Shown piece after piece: positions 40,426 to 54,800 of a stretch of 64,000 bases of DNA. Both the position numbers and the translations under genes were made by a program. The notes below the pieces were generated by a model. That model saw nothing but the letters and a program-made list of their open reading frames with translations. It was not told the DNA's origin and did no database searches. This stretch comes from Rickettsiales bacterium (GTDB lineage: Bacteria > Pseudomonadota > Alphaproteobacteria > Rickettsiales > UBA3002). How positions within the stretch are numbered: the first letter of the stretch is position 1; every line of letters begins with the position of its first letter. The stretch lies in NCBI GenBank assembly GCA_028281385.1, contig JANQJY010000049.1, forward strand, positions 73,774 through 137,773, in the 5' to 3' direction.

Positions 40426-40916
40426 AAAAACTGACCATCACATCACTGCACAGGCGGGCGCTGGCCTTGTCGCTGCTGGTGATTGCGCTCGATCAGCTGT
40501 GCAAATGGATCATGCTGTATGAGGTGGGCATCGCCAATCGCCCGCCGATTGAAGTGCTGCCGTTTTTCAATCTGGTGATGGTGTGGAATTACGGCATCAG
40601 CTTTGGTATGCTGGCCGAACCGGGCACGAATATACCGATTTTTCTGATTGTCACGGCGCTGGTCATTGTCGGTGTGCTGCTCTACTGGCTGTATCATCTG
40701 AAAGACCGGTTTCTTGCCTTTTCGGTGGCGCTGGTGATCGGCGGGGCGCTGGGTAACGTGATTGACCGCATTCTCTACGGTGCGGTGGCTGATTTTTTTG
40801 ACGTGCATGTGGCGGGCTATCACTGGCCGGCATTTAATATCGCCGACAGCGCAGTGTTTATCGGGGTGATGCTGCTGCTGTATGACAGTTTTTTTCGCCG
40901 CAGAGAAGGTGGGTGA
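40422..40916 (+). CDS. lspA: Lipoprotein signal peptidase (signal peptidase II)
   Basis: LDQLCKW...NYGISFG...GGALGNVIDR...DFFD...WPAFNIADS. The start is set at the ATG that overlaps the ribF TGA; upstream in-frame starts at 40392-40410 are possible. Confidence 0.9.
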   Translation: MKKLTITSLHRRALALSLLVIALDQLCKWIMLYEVGIANRPPIEVLPFFNLVMVWNYGISFGMLAEPGTNIPIFLIVTALVIVGVLLYWLYHLKDRFLAFSVALVIGGALGNVIDRILYGAVADFFDVHVAGYHWPAFNIADSAVFIGVMLLLYDSFFRRREGG

Positions 40917-40943
40917 GCGCTTGAATTTCTATGTAAACTGCGT

Positions 40944-41495
40944 ATGGTGCTGAGGATGAAACGACTGTTATCCATGATGGCGATTGGCGTACTGACAGCC
41001 TGCACCAGCGGGGAAGTGCGCGATAATCTCGGTCTGCACCGCTCCAAGCCCGATGAGTTCAAAGTCGTCTCGCGTCCGCCGCTCAGCGTGCCGCCGGAAT
41101 TCTCGCTGACGCCGCCGGAAGAAGGTGCCGGTGAATTCCAGTTGCAATCGATGGAAGAAAAAGCAGCCTCGCTGCTGCTGCAGGAGACGAGTGCCGTTGA
41201 TGAAGCGGTGGCGAAAGGGTCGTCGGAATCGATTTTTCTGAATAATATTGGTGCTGACAAGGCGGACCCGGATGTACGGCGCAAAATTTCAAAAGAGTTC
41301 GGTCAGCCAGTGGGCAAGAAGGAAAGCACGTTTGCCATTGACGCTATTTTGAATAGCGAAGATCCGACGGTCGATGCACCGAAGGAAGCAGAGCGTATTC
41401 GCGATAATTTGGAGAATGATCGCCCGATTAATGAAGGGGAGGTGCCGGTGATCGAGTCTACCCCCGTTGATGCGCTGGAAAAATGGCTGGAGTGA
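40944..41495 (+). CDS. DUF3035-family lipoprotein
   Basis: Lipobox LTACTSG. PDEFKVVSRPPLSVPPEF is the DUF3035 signature. An alternative start exists at 40956. Confidence 0.75.
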   Translation: MVLRMKRLLSMMAIGVLTACTSGEVRDNLGLHRSKPDEFKVVSRPPLSVPPEFSLTPPEEGAGEFQLQSMEEKAASLLLQETSAVDEAVAKGSSESIFLNNIGADKADPDVRRKISKEFGQPVGKKESTFAIDAILNSEDPTVDAPKEAERIRDNLENDRPINEGEVPVIESTPVDALEKWLE

Positions 41496-41497
41496 CC

Positions 41498-43006
41498 ATG
41501 CGGAAACAGGTTCTTATTGCTGTGATTGCCGCTATTTTGGTCGGTGGGGTGGTTTTCGGCTACCGACTGTATGACAAAGCGCAGCGCGATATGGCGCAGA
41601 CGCTGCTGGCCGAGATCAGGATCGACCAGTTTCAGCTAAATAACGGGATGCAGGTGATCCTGTTGACCAATGATCGTATTCCCGCTGTCAGCCATACTTT
41701 ATGGCTGCCCATCGGCTCGGCGGATGATCCTGCCGGCAAATCCGGTCTGGCACATTATCTCGAGCATCTGATGTTTAAAGGCACGCCCACGACACCGTCC
41801 GGCGAGTATTCCAGACAGATCGAGCGTATGGGCGGCAATTTGAACGCTTTTACCGGCCGCGACTTTACCGGCTATTATGTCGATATCGCCAAAGAATATC
41901 TGGAGCAGGTCATGGCGCTGGAAGCCGATCGCTTTGCCAACCTGTCGCCCGATCCCGGGGAAGCGGAAAAAGAGCTGAATGTCGTGTTGGAAGAACGCAA
42001 AAGCCGGATCGATAATCGTCCGACCTCGCTGCTGGCGGAAGAAATGCAATCCACCCTGTTTCAGCATCATCCGTATCGTATCCCGACCATCGGCTGGGAA
42101 CATGAAATCGAGCAGCTGACGCTGGAGGATGCGATGAATTTTTATCGCACCCATTATCACCCTGCGAATATGACGCTGGTGATTGCCGGTGATGTAACGC
42201 TGGAGGAGCTGCGACCACTGGCGGAAAAGTATTATGGTGTATTAAAGGCAAAAACGCCTTATCAGCGGCACTGGGTAGACGAGCCGGAGGCGCTGACGAA
42301 AAAAACCGTGACCTTGCAGCATGAGGATGCGATGCAGCCGCGACTGCGCTATGCCTACCGCATGCCGAGCCTGGCGGGGGATGATGCGGAACTCGCGCTG
42401 CCGCTGATGCTGCTGTCGCAATTGCTGGGAGAGGGTAAGACCAGCCTGTTACATCAGGCGCTGGTAGTGGATCAGCAAGTTGCCAGCCATGTTAATACTT
42501 CTTATTACGGTCTGAGTATCGGGCCGAGTCAGTTTTCCATTAATATGACGCCGGCGGACGGAGTGAGTCTCGAAGCGGCGGAAGCGGCATTACAGCAAGC
42601 GCTTGAAAAGCTTGCCGATGTATCTTTTACCGATGATGACATCGCCCGTGCGAAAACCCTGCTCAAGGCGAGCGCCATTTATGCACGTGACGGGCTGAAG
42701 CCGATTGCACAATTTATCGGCTATTTGCATATGACGGGACTGTCGCCGGATTATTTCGTCCGATGGCCGCAGATGATTGATGCTGTCAGCCGGGAGGATA
42801 TCGAACGGGCAAAGCAGTCTTTGTTGTCCGGCAAGGCGATGGTGGCAGGCTATTTACTGCCGGAAGTTATGGAAGATAAAACCCTGCCGGACATGGTGGA
42901 GGCAGAAGAAGCATCCGAAAAAGTGCCGGAAGAAGCGCTTGAAGAAACCCCTGAAGAAGTACCGCAGGTGAATGATGTGACGGAGGCGGAAGAAGATGAA
43001 GAGTAA
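41498..43006 (+). CDS. M16-family zinc metallopeptidase (active subunit)
   Basis: Inverted zinc motif HYLEHLMFKG. GGAG lies 5 nt upstream of this ATG; the ORF-track start at 41483 overlaps the previous gene. Confidence 0.88.
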   Translation: MRKQVLIAVIAAILVGGVVFGYRLYDKAQRDMAQTLLAEIRIDQFQLNNGMQVILLTNDRIPAVSHTLWLPIGSADDPAGKSGLAHYLEHLMFKGTPTTPSGEYSRQIERMGGNLNAFTGRDFTGYYVDIAKEYLEQVMALEADRFANLSPDPGEAEKELNVVLEERKSRIDNRPTSLLAEEMQSTLFQHHPYRIPTIGWEHEIEQLTLEDAMNFYRTHYHPANMTLVIAGDVTLEELRPLAEKYYGVLKAKTPYQRHWVDEPEALTKKTVTLQHEDAMQPRLRYAYRMPSLAGDDAELALPLMLLSQLLGEGKTSLLHQALVVDQQVASHVNTSYYGLSIGPSQFSINMTPADGVSLEAAEAALQQALEKLADVSFTDDDIARAKTLLKASAIYARDGLKPIAQFIGYLHMTGLSPDYFVRWPQMIDAVSREDIERAKQSLLSGKAMVAGYLLPEVMEDKTLPDMVEAEEASEKVPEEALEETPEEVPQVNDVTEAEEDEE

Positions 43007-44345
43007 GTTACTTTGTCTTGTCATGCTGCTTTTGCCGTTCACGGCGCAGGCGGTGGAGGTGAAAGAAGTCGCGCTGTCCGATGCCCGCGGTGCCTGGCTG
43101 GTGGAAGATCATACCGTACCGGTAATCAGCGTGAGTTTGATTTTCAAACATGCCGGCTCGACAACCGATCCGCAGGACAAAGCCGGGCGCGCGGCGATGG
43201 TTGCACGGCTGTTGCCCGAGGGGACCGAAAAGAAGGACGATCTGGCTTTTGCCCAGGCGCTGGAGGAGAAAGCGATTTATATCGATACCGGCGTTGCCAG
43301 GGATTATTTTCACATCAGTCTGCAAACACTGAGTGAACATAAAGAACTGGCGTTTGATCTGTTAGGCGAAATGCTATCCCAGCCCGCTTTTGACGAGGCG
43401 GCGATAGAGCGGGTGCGCAAACAGATGAAAACACGGCTGCGCAAGATGGAGGAAGTGCCGGAATATCTGGCGGCGAGAGCCTTTGCCGAGACCGTATTTG
43501 AAGGCCATCCTTACGGCAACCCTCAAAACGGCACGCTGGAAACGCTCGATCGTATCACGCGGGAAGACATCACCTCATTCCATGCGGAGTATCTCGCGCA
43601 GGATAATCTTATCATCGGTGTGGCAGGCGATATATCTGTGACACAACTCAGTGATCTGCTGGATGAGGCATTGGAAGAGCTGCCGGATTCTTCCACTCTT
43701 ACAGAGATTCCCCATTATGAGATAGCGGATTCCGGCAGCTGGAAAGAAGTGGTCAAGACATTGCCGCAATCGGTGGTGATGTTCGGCAAACAGGGGGTGC
43801 ATCGCAACGATCCTGATTTTTATGCTGCCTATGTGCTGAATCATATTATTGGCGGGAACGGGCTGACCTCGCGTCTCAGCCAGGTGATCCGCAAGGAAAA
43901 GGGGCTGACCTATTATATCGGTACCGATCTGAATCCGCAGCTGCATGCCGCGACCTTTACCGGCATGTTCGCCACGCGCAGCGAAGATGTTGATCAGGCG
44001 ATTTCGGTGATGGAGGCGACCATTGAAGACATCGCCGCACAAGGCGTGATGCAGCAGGAGGTGGAAGACGCGGTCTCTTATATTATCGGTTCTTTTCCGT
44101 TGCGGCTGGACCGCACCAGTGCAATCGCCGGTTATCTGGTATCCATGCAGCTTTACGATCTGGGGATTGACTATCTGAACCGCCGTAATGATTTTTTCCG
44201 GCAGGTCACGCTGGAGCAGGTCAATGCCGTTGCGAACAGATTGCTGGATGCGCAGGCGCTGACTATCGTCAAAGTCGGGCCGGCAAGTGAAGCGCCGGTT
44301 AAACCCGTTGAAACCGAAACCGGAACTGAAATGGATGAGCAATGA
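42996..44345 (+). CDS. M16-family peptidase, non-catalytic partner subunit
   Basis: A signal peptide and an M16 fold pattern with no HxxEH motif. Its start overlaps the active subunit's gene. Confidence 0.82.
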   Translation: MKSKLLCLVMLLLPFTAQAVEVKEVALSDARGAWLVEDHTVPVISVSLIFKHAGSTTDPQDKAGRAAMVARLLPEGTEKKDDLAFAQALEEKAIYIDTGVARDYFHISLQTLSEHKELAFDLLGEMLSQPAFDEAAIERVRKQMKTRLRKMEEVPEYLAARAFAETVFEGHPYGNPQNGTLETLDRITREDITSFHAEYLAQDNLIIGVAGDISVTQLSDLLDEALEELPDSSTLTEIPHYEIADSGSWKEVVKTLPQSVVMFGKQGVHRNDPDFYAAYVLNHIIGGNGLTSRLSQVIRKEKGLTYYIGTDLNPQLHAATFTGMFATRSEDVDQAISVMEATIEDIAAQGVMQQEVEDAVSYIIGSFPLRLDRTSAIAGYLVSMQLYDLGIDYLNRRNDFFRQVTLEQVNAVANRLLDAQALTIVKVGPASEAPVKPVETETGTEMDEQ

Positions 44346-45598
44346 CGTTTTCTATCACCTATGGCGAAGAGGCACTGACAACGGACGAAGCAGCGTCTTG
44401 CAAAAACTGTAAGGCACAACTGCCGACACTGCATGAGCGTTTGAAAAAGGATTATGATACGAGGGCCTATCCGTTGCTGCAATTGCCGGAAACACAGGAG
44501 GATCTGGTGGAGATTAATGCGATTGCCGCATCGATCCGCCAGCAGGCGAAAGGACTTTTGGTGCTGGGGACCGGAGGGTCGAGCCTTGGTGCAAAGGCGC
44601 TGGATGCGTTATCAGCGGGTGAATTTCCGATATATTATCTCGAGAATGTCGATCCGCATACGATGGATGAGTGGCTGTCGCATAAGGATCTGGATGGCTA
44701 TCATCTGCTGATTGTCAGTAAATCCGGCGGGACGGTGGAAACTCTGTCACAGGCGCTGGTGCTGTTCAGCGAACTGGAAAAACGCTGCGGTAAAGACCAT
44801 ATCGCCAGCCATGCCCATGCGATTACCATGCCGGGAGAGCGGCCGCTCAGGCAACTGGCGGAACAGTATAACATTCCCGTATTGGATCATGATCCCGATA
44901 TCGGCGGGCGGTTTTCGGTGCTGTCGGTCGTCGGGCTGTTACCGGCAGCGGTGGCGGGACTGGATATCGCCGCGATTCGCAACGGTGCCGATCTGGTATT
45001 GCAGGAGATGCTGAAAAGTGAGGCATCCCCCGTGTTGCAGGGAGCCGTATGGCAGACGGCATTGATGCCATCGCGCGCACAATCTATTTATATGCCCTAT
45101 TGTGACCGGCTGGCCTATTTCGCGCAGTGGATTCAGCAACTCTGGGCGGAAAGTCTTGGCAAGGAAGGCCATGGCTCGACACCGGTGCGTGCTATCGGTG
45201 CGATTGATCAGCACAGCCAGTTGCAACTGTATCTGGATGGTCCGAAGGATAAAAGCTTCACCTTCTTTACACTGACGCAGGAAGGCAAAGGTGCGCCGAT
45301 AATCAGCACGGCAGTCGAAGCGTTGAGCTATCTTCACGGTCACACCATTGGTACAATCATGCAATCGCTGCAATATGGTACGATAGAGACGATCAGGGCA
45401 CATGACCTGCCGCTCAGGCAGTTTGAACTGGAGGTACTGGATGAACGCAGCATGGGCGCTCTGCTGATGCATTTCATGCTGGAGACGATTGCCGCAGGTT
45501 ACCTGCTTGAGATCAACCCGTTCGATCAGCCCGCCGTGGAAGAGAGCAAGCAGCGCGCCCGCGATTACCTCAAGGGAGCGTCGAAAGCCGCGGCATGA
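44342..45598 (+). CDS. pgi: Glucose-6-phosphate isomerase (short form)
   Basis: [18 protein letters not shown] and [10 protein letters not shown] blocks of the PGI family. Confidence 0.85.
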   Translation: MTFSITYGEEALTTDEAASCKNCKAQLPTLHERLKKDYDTRAYPLLQLPETQEDLVEINAIAASIRQQAKGLLVLGTGGSSLGAKALDALSAGEFPIYYLENVDPHTMDEWLSHKDLDGYHLLIVSKSGGTVETLSQALVLFSELEKRCGKDHIASHAHAITMPGERPLRQLAEQYNIPVLDHDPDIGGRFSVLSVVGLLPAAVAGLDIAAIRNGADLVLQEMLKSEASPVLQGAVWQTALMPSRAQSIYMPYCDRLAYFAQWIQQLWAESLGKEGHGSTPVRAIGAIDQHSQLQLYLDGPKDKSFTFFTLTQEGKGAPIISTAVEALSYLHGHTIGTIMQSLQYGTIETIRAHDLPLRQFELEVLDERSMGALLMHFMLETIAAGYLLEINPFDQPAVEESKQRARDYLKGASKAAA

Positions 45599-47409
45599 CG
45601 ATTCGTTTACTCCCACCGACATTGGTTAACCAGATTGCTGCCGGGGAGGTGGTCGAACGTCCGGCTTCGGTAGTGAAAGAGCTGGTGGAGAATGCCATTG
45701 ATGCTGGTGCGACGCAGATCGAGGTGCATCTGAAAAGGGCGGGGAAACATCTGATTCAGGTGCGTGATAACGGCTCCGGCATGAAAAAGGAAGAGTTGTT
45801 GCTGGCGATACAGCGTCATGCCACCTCCAAACTTCCCACCGACGATCTGCTGCATATTCACAGCTTCGGCTTTCGCGGCGAGGCATTGCCGTCGATCGGC
45901 TCGGTCAGCCGCCTGACAATTTCGACCAGACATGCCGATGAGGAGCATGGCTGGCAGCTGTCGGTCGAAGGCGGCGAAGTATCTGAGGTTGAACCTGCCG
46001 CCGCACAACAGGGCACCAGCATCGAGGTGCGGGACCTGTTTTTTACCACGCCGGCCCGGCTGAAATTTCTGAAAACGGAGCGTACCGAGACCAGCCATTG
46101 CAGCGATGTGATCGAACGTCTCGCCATGGCGCATCCGCAGGTCGGCTTTACGCTCTATGCTGACGGCCGCAAACTTAGACATTTTACAGCCACGCAGGGC
46201 GATCTAATCGATGCGGCAGGCAAACGCCTTGGCCAGGTCATCGGCAAGGAGTTTTATGACAATGCCCTGACGATCGATGCCGAAAGAGAAGAGGTTCATC
46301 TGCGTGGATTTGCAGCGGTGCCAACCTATAGCCGCGGCACTTCGCAGGCGCAGTATCTGTTCGTCAACGGTCGTCCGGTGCGCGACCGGTTGCTGCTGGG
46401 TGTGGTGCGTGCGGCCTATCAGGATTTTCTGGCGCGCGATCGCCATCCGGTTGTCGCGTTGTTTGTAGAGCTGCCGCCGGAGCAGGTCGATGTCAATGTG
46501 CATCCGGCCAAGGCGGAAGTACGGTTTCGTGATGTCGGTATGATGCGCGGGTTGATTCTCGGTGCGTTGAAACATGCGCTGGCGGAAGCCGGTCATCGTG
46601 CCTCGACGACGGTCTCAGCGCAGGCACTGGGCGCCATGCAGACCCACCAGCCCGCAAGGATGCATTATGGCCACCGCCCCGCCTCGCCGGTGTCACCGCA
46701 ACTGGCGGAAGCGGTGGCCTATGCCTATCAGCCCGATACACAGACAGCGCCATTGCTGGAGGAGATGCAGGCCAGTCCGCAGGGGAAGGTCGAGTATATC
46801 GCCGATTACAACCGGGAAGCGGAGGCCTATCCGTTGGGCGCGGCGCGGGCGCAGCTGCATGAAACCTATATCGTTGCGCAAACCGGGGACGGGATCGTGA
46901 TTGTCGATCAGCATGCGGCGCATGAGCGGCTGGTCTATGAGCAGATGAAAGCGCAGATGGCCGAGGATGGCATTAAACGTCAGACATTGCTGATTCCGGA
47001 AGTGGTGGAGTTGGGCGAAGACAGCGCATCCGCTTTGCTCAAACGTGCTGAGGAACTGGCGGAGATGGGGCTGATACTCGAGCCGTTCGGCGAAGGCGCG
47101 GTGGTGGTGCGCGAAACCCCGGCGATTCTCGGTGAGATGGATATGCAGCAGATGATCGCCAATCTGGCTGATGAGCTGGAGGAGTTTGGCGAAACCCTGG
47201 CGCTACGCGAAAAGATGGAGCATGTCTGCGGCACCATGGCGTGTCATGGCAGTGTGCGTGCGGGCCGGCGGCTGAATGCCGAGGAGATGAACGCCCTGTT
47301 GCGCCAGATGGAAGCGACACCCTATTCCGGCCAGTGCAATCATGGCCGTCCCACTTATGTTGAACTGAAGCTTGCCGATATTGAAAAACTGTTTGGTCGG
47401 CGCGAGTAA
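45595..47409 (+). CDS. mutL: DNA mismatch repair protein MutL
   Basis: [36 protein letters not shown]..., DNGSGM, and the C-terminal HGRPT. Confidence 0.96.
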   Translation: MTIRLLPPTLVNQIAAGEVVERPASVVKELVENAIDAGATQIEVHLKRAGKHLIQVRDNGSGMKKEELLLAIQRHATSKLPTDDLLHIHSFGFRGEALPSIGSVSRLTISTRHADEEHGWQLSVEGGEVSEVEPAAAQQGTSIEVRDLFFTTPARLKFLKTERTETSHCSDVIERLAMAHPQVGFTLYADGRKLRHFTATQGDLIDAAGKRLGQVIGKEFYDNALTIDAEREEVHLRGFAAVPTYSRGTSQAQYLFVNGRPVRDRLLLGVVRAAYQDFLARDRHPVVALFVELPPEQVDVNVHPAKAEVRFRDVGMMRGLILGALKHALAEAGHRASTTVSAQALGAMQTHQPARMHYGHRPASPVSPQLAEAVAYAYQPDTQTAPLLEEMQASPQGKVEYIADYNREAEAYPLGAARAQLHETYIVAQTGDGIVIVDQHAAHERLVYEQMKAQMAEDGIKRQTLLIPEVVELGEDSASALLKRAEELAEMGLILEPFGEGAVVVRETPAILGEMDMQQMIANLADELEEFGETLALREKMEHVCGTMACHGSVRAGRRLNAEEMNALLRQMEATPYSGQCNHGRPTYVELKLADIEKLFGRRE

Positions 47410-47427
47410 AGCTGCTAATAAGCGCGC

Positions 47428-48409
47428 ATGCATACAGTTTACTATATCATATTGATTGTCTCTTCGGCGCTGTTCTCGGCGATGACGATTGCCGGTGCCT
47501 ATCTGTTGCTGGTACGCGCGGCAAATTTCGATATGCCGGATGAACGCAGTAATCACACCACACCGGTCCCGACCGGGTTGGGCATTGCCTTTATGACGAT
47601 CTGTATCGGTTTTTTACTGGTGGCCAATGCCAAAATCGCATTGATCCTTGCGGCGGTTTTGTTGACGGTTACCTCCTTTATGGATGATATGAAATCGCAA
47701 CCGATATTGCATCGGCTGGGCTTTCAGGCGATTGCCGTCATTATGTGTCTGACGACGATTGACGGGCAGGTATTCCAGGGGCTGCTTCCGATCTGGGCGG
47801 AATATCTGGTCATTACCGTGCTGTGGCTGTGGTTTATCAATCTGTATAATTTCATGGACGGGATTGATGAAATCACCATTACCGAGACAGGATGCATTAC
47901 CATCGGGCTGGTGATATTGGGGCTGTTTGTCGAGGAAGTACCGCGCTATATTTCGATCGATGCGGTGATTATCGCCGCCTGCGTGCTGGTATTTTACCCG
48001 TGGAATGCGCATCCGGCCAAAGCCTTCATGGGCGATGCGGGAAGCATTCCGCTGGGATTGCTGATCGGCTATCTGCTGCTCAATACCGCAGCGAGCGGCC
48101 ATTGGCAGGCGGCGCTGATTCTGCCGGCCTATTATCTGTGTGATGCCGGTATTACTCTGCTGCGGCGTGCCATGCGCGGCGAGAAAATCTGGCAGGCGCA
48201 TTCCGAACATTTCTATCAGAAGGCTGTGCGTCTCGGCCGCTCGCATCATCACGTCGCGCAGCGGATTCTGGCGCTCAATCTGTTTCTGATCACACTGGCC
48301 TGTCTCAGTATTTTTGATCATGCCATGGGCTATGGTGCCCTTGTGCTTGCCTATATCTCAACGCTGATATTGCTTTATCGTTTTACCCAACCTTCCAGGA
48401 CGGTGCCTC

Positions 48410-48438
<29 letters not shown>
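47428..48438 (+). CDS. Glycosyltransferase family 4 polyprenyl-phosphate sugar-1-phosphate transferase (WecA/WbpL-like)
   Basis: NLYNFMDGIDE and FMGDAGSIPLG motifs, with about 10 TM segments. Confidence 0.85.
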
Positions 48439-50310
<1,872 letters not shown>

Positions 50311-50311
<1 letters not shown>

Positions 50312-51867
50312 TGAACATGATCACCCCTGTACGCGCGTTGCTGTCAGTTTCCGATAAACAGGGTATTGTCGAGTTGGCGAAAACACTGGCGAAATACCAG
50401 GTTGAACTGCTTTCTACCGGTGGTACGGCAGCCTTGCTACGCGAACATGGCCTGCAGGTGAAAGATGTGTCGGGACATACCGGCTTCCCGGAAATCATGG
50501 ATGGGCGCGTGAAGACACTGCACCCGAATATCCATGGCGGTATTCTCGCGTTGCGTGACAGTTCGTCACATCAGGCTGCCATGCAGGAACATGATATTGC
50601 ACCGATCGATATCGTCGTCATCAATCTTTATCCATTTGAGGAAACGGTGGCGAAAGAAGCAGACTATGCCGATACCATCGAACAGATCGACATTGGCGGT
50701 CCGGCGATGATTCGTGCGGCAGCGAAGAATCATCAGTATGTGCTGGTTGTGACGCATGTGCAGGATTATGCGAAAGTGACAGAGGATATGGCGCAACATG
50801 ACGGAGCAATTTCCTATGCATTGCGTCAGGAAATGGCTTGTAAGGCTTTTGCGCGTACCTCTGCTTATGATGCGGCGATTGCCCGATGGTTTTCAGGGCA
50901 GGAATCACTAAATGATTTTCCATGTTATTTTGCCGATGCACAATTAAAACAGGCACTGCGTTACGGCGAAAATCCGCATCAGCAGGCGGCATTTTATACC
51001 ATGTTTAATGCACCTGCGGGATTGGCGACGGCACGGCAGTTGCAAGGCAAGGAACTCAGCTATAACAACATTAATGACACCGATGCCGCATGGAAACTGG
51101 TGAGTGAATTTGACGAACCGGCGGTGGCGATTATCAAACATGCCAACCCATGTGGCGTGGCTGTGGGAAGTGATCTGTGCGATGCATTCACCAAAGCGCT
51201 GGCTTGTGATCCGACAAGTGCTTTCGGCGGGATTCTGGCGGTCAATCGTGACGTGGATGATGCGCTGGTGGATGCCATCGGAAAGTTGTTTTTGGAAGTC
51301 ATTATAGCGCCTGCTATGACTGATGAAGCAAAAGACAGGTTGAGCGCAAAAAAGAATCTGCGAATGTTAATCACAGACGAAATGCCGGATCCGCAGGCAT
51401 CGTCATGGCAGGTGAAATCGGTTGGCGGCGGATACCTTGTGCAGCAAAGTGATGCGCAGCTTGCAAAAAAAGAAGCGTTTAAAACTGTGACGAAACGCAG
51501 CCCTTCGAAGCAGGAATTATGTGATCTGCAATTTGCCAATGCGGTGTGTAAACATGTGAAGTCCAATGCGATTGTTCTGGCAAGAGATGGTGCCACCATC
51601 GGCATTGGTGCCGGACAGATGAGCCGGGTGGATTCGGTGCGTTTGGCAGGGTGGAAAGCAGAGTCCGCTGATCTTTCGACAGAGGGTATGGTGATGGCGT
51701 CCGATGCATTTTTTCCGTTTGACGATAATATTCATCATGCGGCGGAACTGGGAATCAGAGCGGTCATTCAGCCTGGCGGATCGGTGCGTGATGAAGAGGT
51801 AATCACCGCTGCTGATCAGTATGATATGGCGATGGTATTAACGGGCGAACGCCACTTTAATCATTAA
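50311..51867 (+). CDS. purH: Bifunctional AICAR transformylase / IMP cyclohydrolase
   Basis: RALLSVSDKQGIVELA, VKTLHPNIHGGIL and a C-terminal ...GERHFNH. Confidence 0.97.
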
Positions 51868-51875
51868 TAATAGAT

Positions 51876-54800
51876 TTACACCGAGCAAATGGTTTCGGCA
51901 TTGCGCATGGCAACGATCAGCATGGAGAAGTCGAGCGCTTCCTGAGACTTCATATCATTGATGAAGCCGTGATAGCGCTCAAGTTCTCTCTCATTCTGCG
52001 CATACCATTCATCAACTGACGTAGAACAGACATTATTCCTGCATAAGCTTTCGATGACATTGGAAGTTAGGCGACGTTGCTGCAGATAGAGATCACTGAT
52101 GACCGACTTAACTGCCATGCGATTCCAATAGGTATCAGACAGAATGTTTGCAGCACAGCGTCGCAGCCAGCCAAGCCGCAAACGTGCGCCCAGTTCAAAA
52201 TAAAGATTGCCGACAACGCGGACATCCAGATCATGTTCATCCGCAACCATGACAATGTCGCAAGCGGAAGACATGGCTTCAAGTCCGGCAACGGAACGTG
52301 CAAGTGATTCCGGCACATGACGCTCTTTTAGACATTCAACATGCTTTGTATAGGCACGGTTAAGCGTTTCCGAAATCAATGATTCAAAATGTTCGGCAAA
52401 GACAGAAATACCCTCGGCATAGATGTTCATGATTTTAGGAATATCAAGCGGTAAAGCGCAATTCTGCAAAAACCATAAACAGGAACGCTCGATAAAACTG
52501 CTTATTTCAAAAAACATTTCCGCCTGAATGTCGGCGGGAATTTTGCCGTCGAGTATTTCGATCTGGCACCACAGATCGCGCAGTTTGAATGCATCACGCG
52601 TAATGACATAGGCGCGGGCAATATCGCAGGGGTGAATACCGGTTTCTTCCTTGATGTTATGGGCAAAGGTGATGCCAGCGCGGTTGATCATGCTGTTGGT
52701 GATGATGGTACCGATAATGTCTCGGCGCAGGGGGTGTGCCAGAATTTCTTCTTTGAAATCTCCTTGCATCGCGTCGGGGAAATAACGGACAAGATCATGA
52801 ATGAAATAATCGGAATTAAGCAGTTCCGCATCCTTGATGTCTTCATACAGTGCCAGTTTAGCATAAGATAACAGAACACATAATTCTGCACGCGTAAATG
52901 TCTGTTTAACGGCACGCATTTCATTGAGCTTTTTCTCATCCGGTAGAAATTCTACTTCGCGATCCAGCATGCCGTTATTTTCAAGCGCGCGCATCATGCG
53001 TGCATTGGATTCGAAAATATCCATCCCCTGATATTCGGCGATAGTCAGTGCCTGTGTTTGCAGACGGTTGTCGATCAATACCAATTCGGCAACGTTGTTG
53101 GTCATGGCTTCCAGCAGTTTGTTGCGCTTTGCCACGGTCAGCCTTTTATTCTGTACCGCCTTGTCCAGAGCAATCTTGATATTCACCTCATGATCGGAGC
53201 AGTCGACACCGGCGGAATTGTCGATAGCATCGGTGTTGATACGTCCACCGGTTCTGGCATATTCAATGCGTCCTTTTTGCGTGAAACCGAGATTGCCGCC
53301 TTCACCGACGATTTTGCAACGCAGGTCGCTGCCATTGATACGCACCGAATTATTGGCACGATCACCCACATCGTCATGGCTTTCGTCGCCAGCTTTAACA
53401 TAGGTGCCGATCCCGCCATTCCATAACAATTCAACCTCGGCTTTCAGCAATAATTTAATCACTTCATCGGGAGGCAACTCCTTTGTCTTGGTATCGAGTA
53501 ATGCCTGTATTTCTTTACTGAGAGGAATGGATTTATCCTGCCGTGAAAATACCCCGCCGCCTTTTGAGATAAGTTTTTTATCATAGTCTATCCAACTGGA
53601 ACGCGGCAATTCAAACAATCGCTTTCGTTCTTTGAAACTTTTTGCGGCATCAGGATTGGGGTCGATGAAGATATGAAGGTGGTTAAAGGCGCCGACCAGC
53701 CGGATATGTTCCGATAACAGCATGCCGTTGCCGAATACGTCGCCGGACATGTCGCCAATACCCACGGCAGTGAAGTCTTCTTCATCGATATTTTTTCCCA
53801 TCTCGGCAAAATGCCGCATGACGGACACCCACGCGCCGCGTGCGGTAATGCCCATGGCTTTATGGTCATAGCCGACCGAGCCACCCGAGGCAAAAGCATC
53901 GCCCAGCCAGAAACCGTATTCCTCAGCGATGCTGTTGGCGATATCGGAGAATGTCGCGGTTCCCTTATCGGCAGCGACAACCAGATAGGGATCGTCATCA
54001 TCATAACGTACAACATCATCAGGCGGGATGACTTTGTCGTCTACCAAATTGTCGGTGACATCCAAAAGGCCGCATAAAAATTCCTTATAGCTTTCAATAC
54101 CGGCTTTGATAAAGGCATCACGGTCGCTGCGATCGGGCAGGTCTTTGGCAATAAAACATCCCTTGGCGCCTTGTGGTACAATCACCGCATTTTTCACCAT
54201 CTGTGCCTTTACCAGCCCTAACACTTCGGTACGGAAATCTTCCGGACGGTCGGACCAGCGCAACCCGCCACGTGCGATGTTGCCGCCGCGCAGATGAATC
54301 CCCTCGGTTTTGATAGAATAAACAAAAATTTCGGCATAAGGAACTGGTGCTGGCAGTTCGGGGATGCGTGAAGAATTGAATTTGAATGACAGATAAGGTT
54401 TGTGGTTGCCGTCCTTGTCGGTCTGAAAATAATTGGTGCGCAGACAGGCTTCGATCAGGTCGCCAAGACGACGGATGATTTTATCTTCCGCCATATTGCC
54501 GACCTGTTCGAGATAGGCTCTGAGATCAGCCATATGCTGTTTGGTGATGCTCGGATCTTTTGGAGCGTCATCTGCCGGATCGAACTTGTCGAAAAACATC
54601 TGCATGAGAATTTTCGTTGCCTCCGGATGTTTGGCAAGTGCACCGGCCATATAGGAACGGCTGTAGGGAAAGCCGATCTGACGCAAATACTGGCAGAAGC
54701 TCCGAATTACCCGCACTTCGCGCCAGGTCAGGCCGGCAAACAGAGTCAGTGAGTTAAAGTCATCATTAGCGATATGCCCCATCCATGCCCGGGTGAGCGC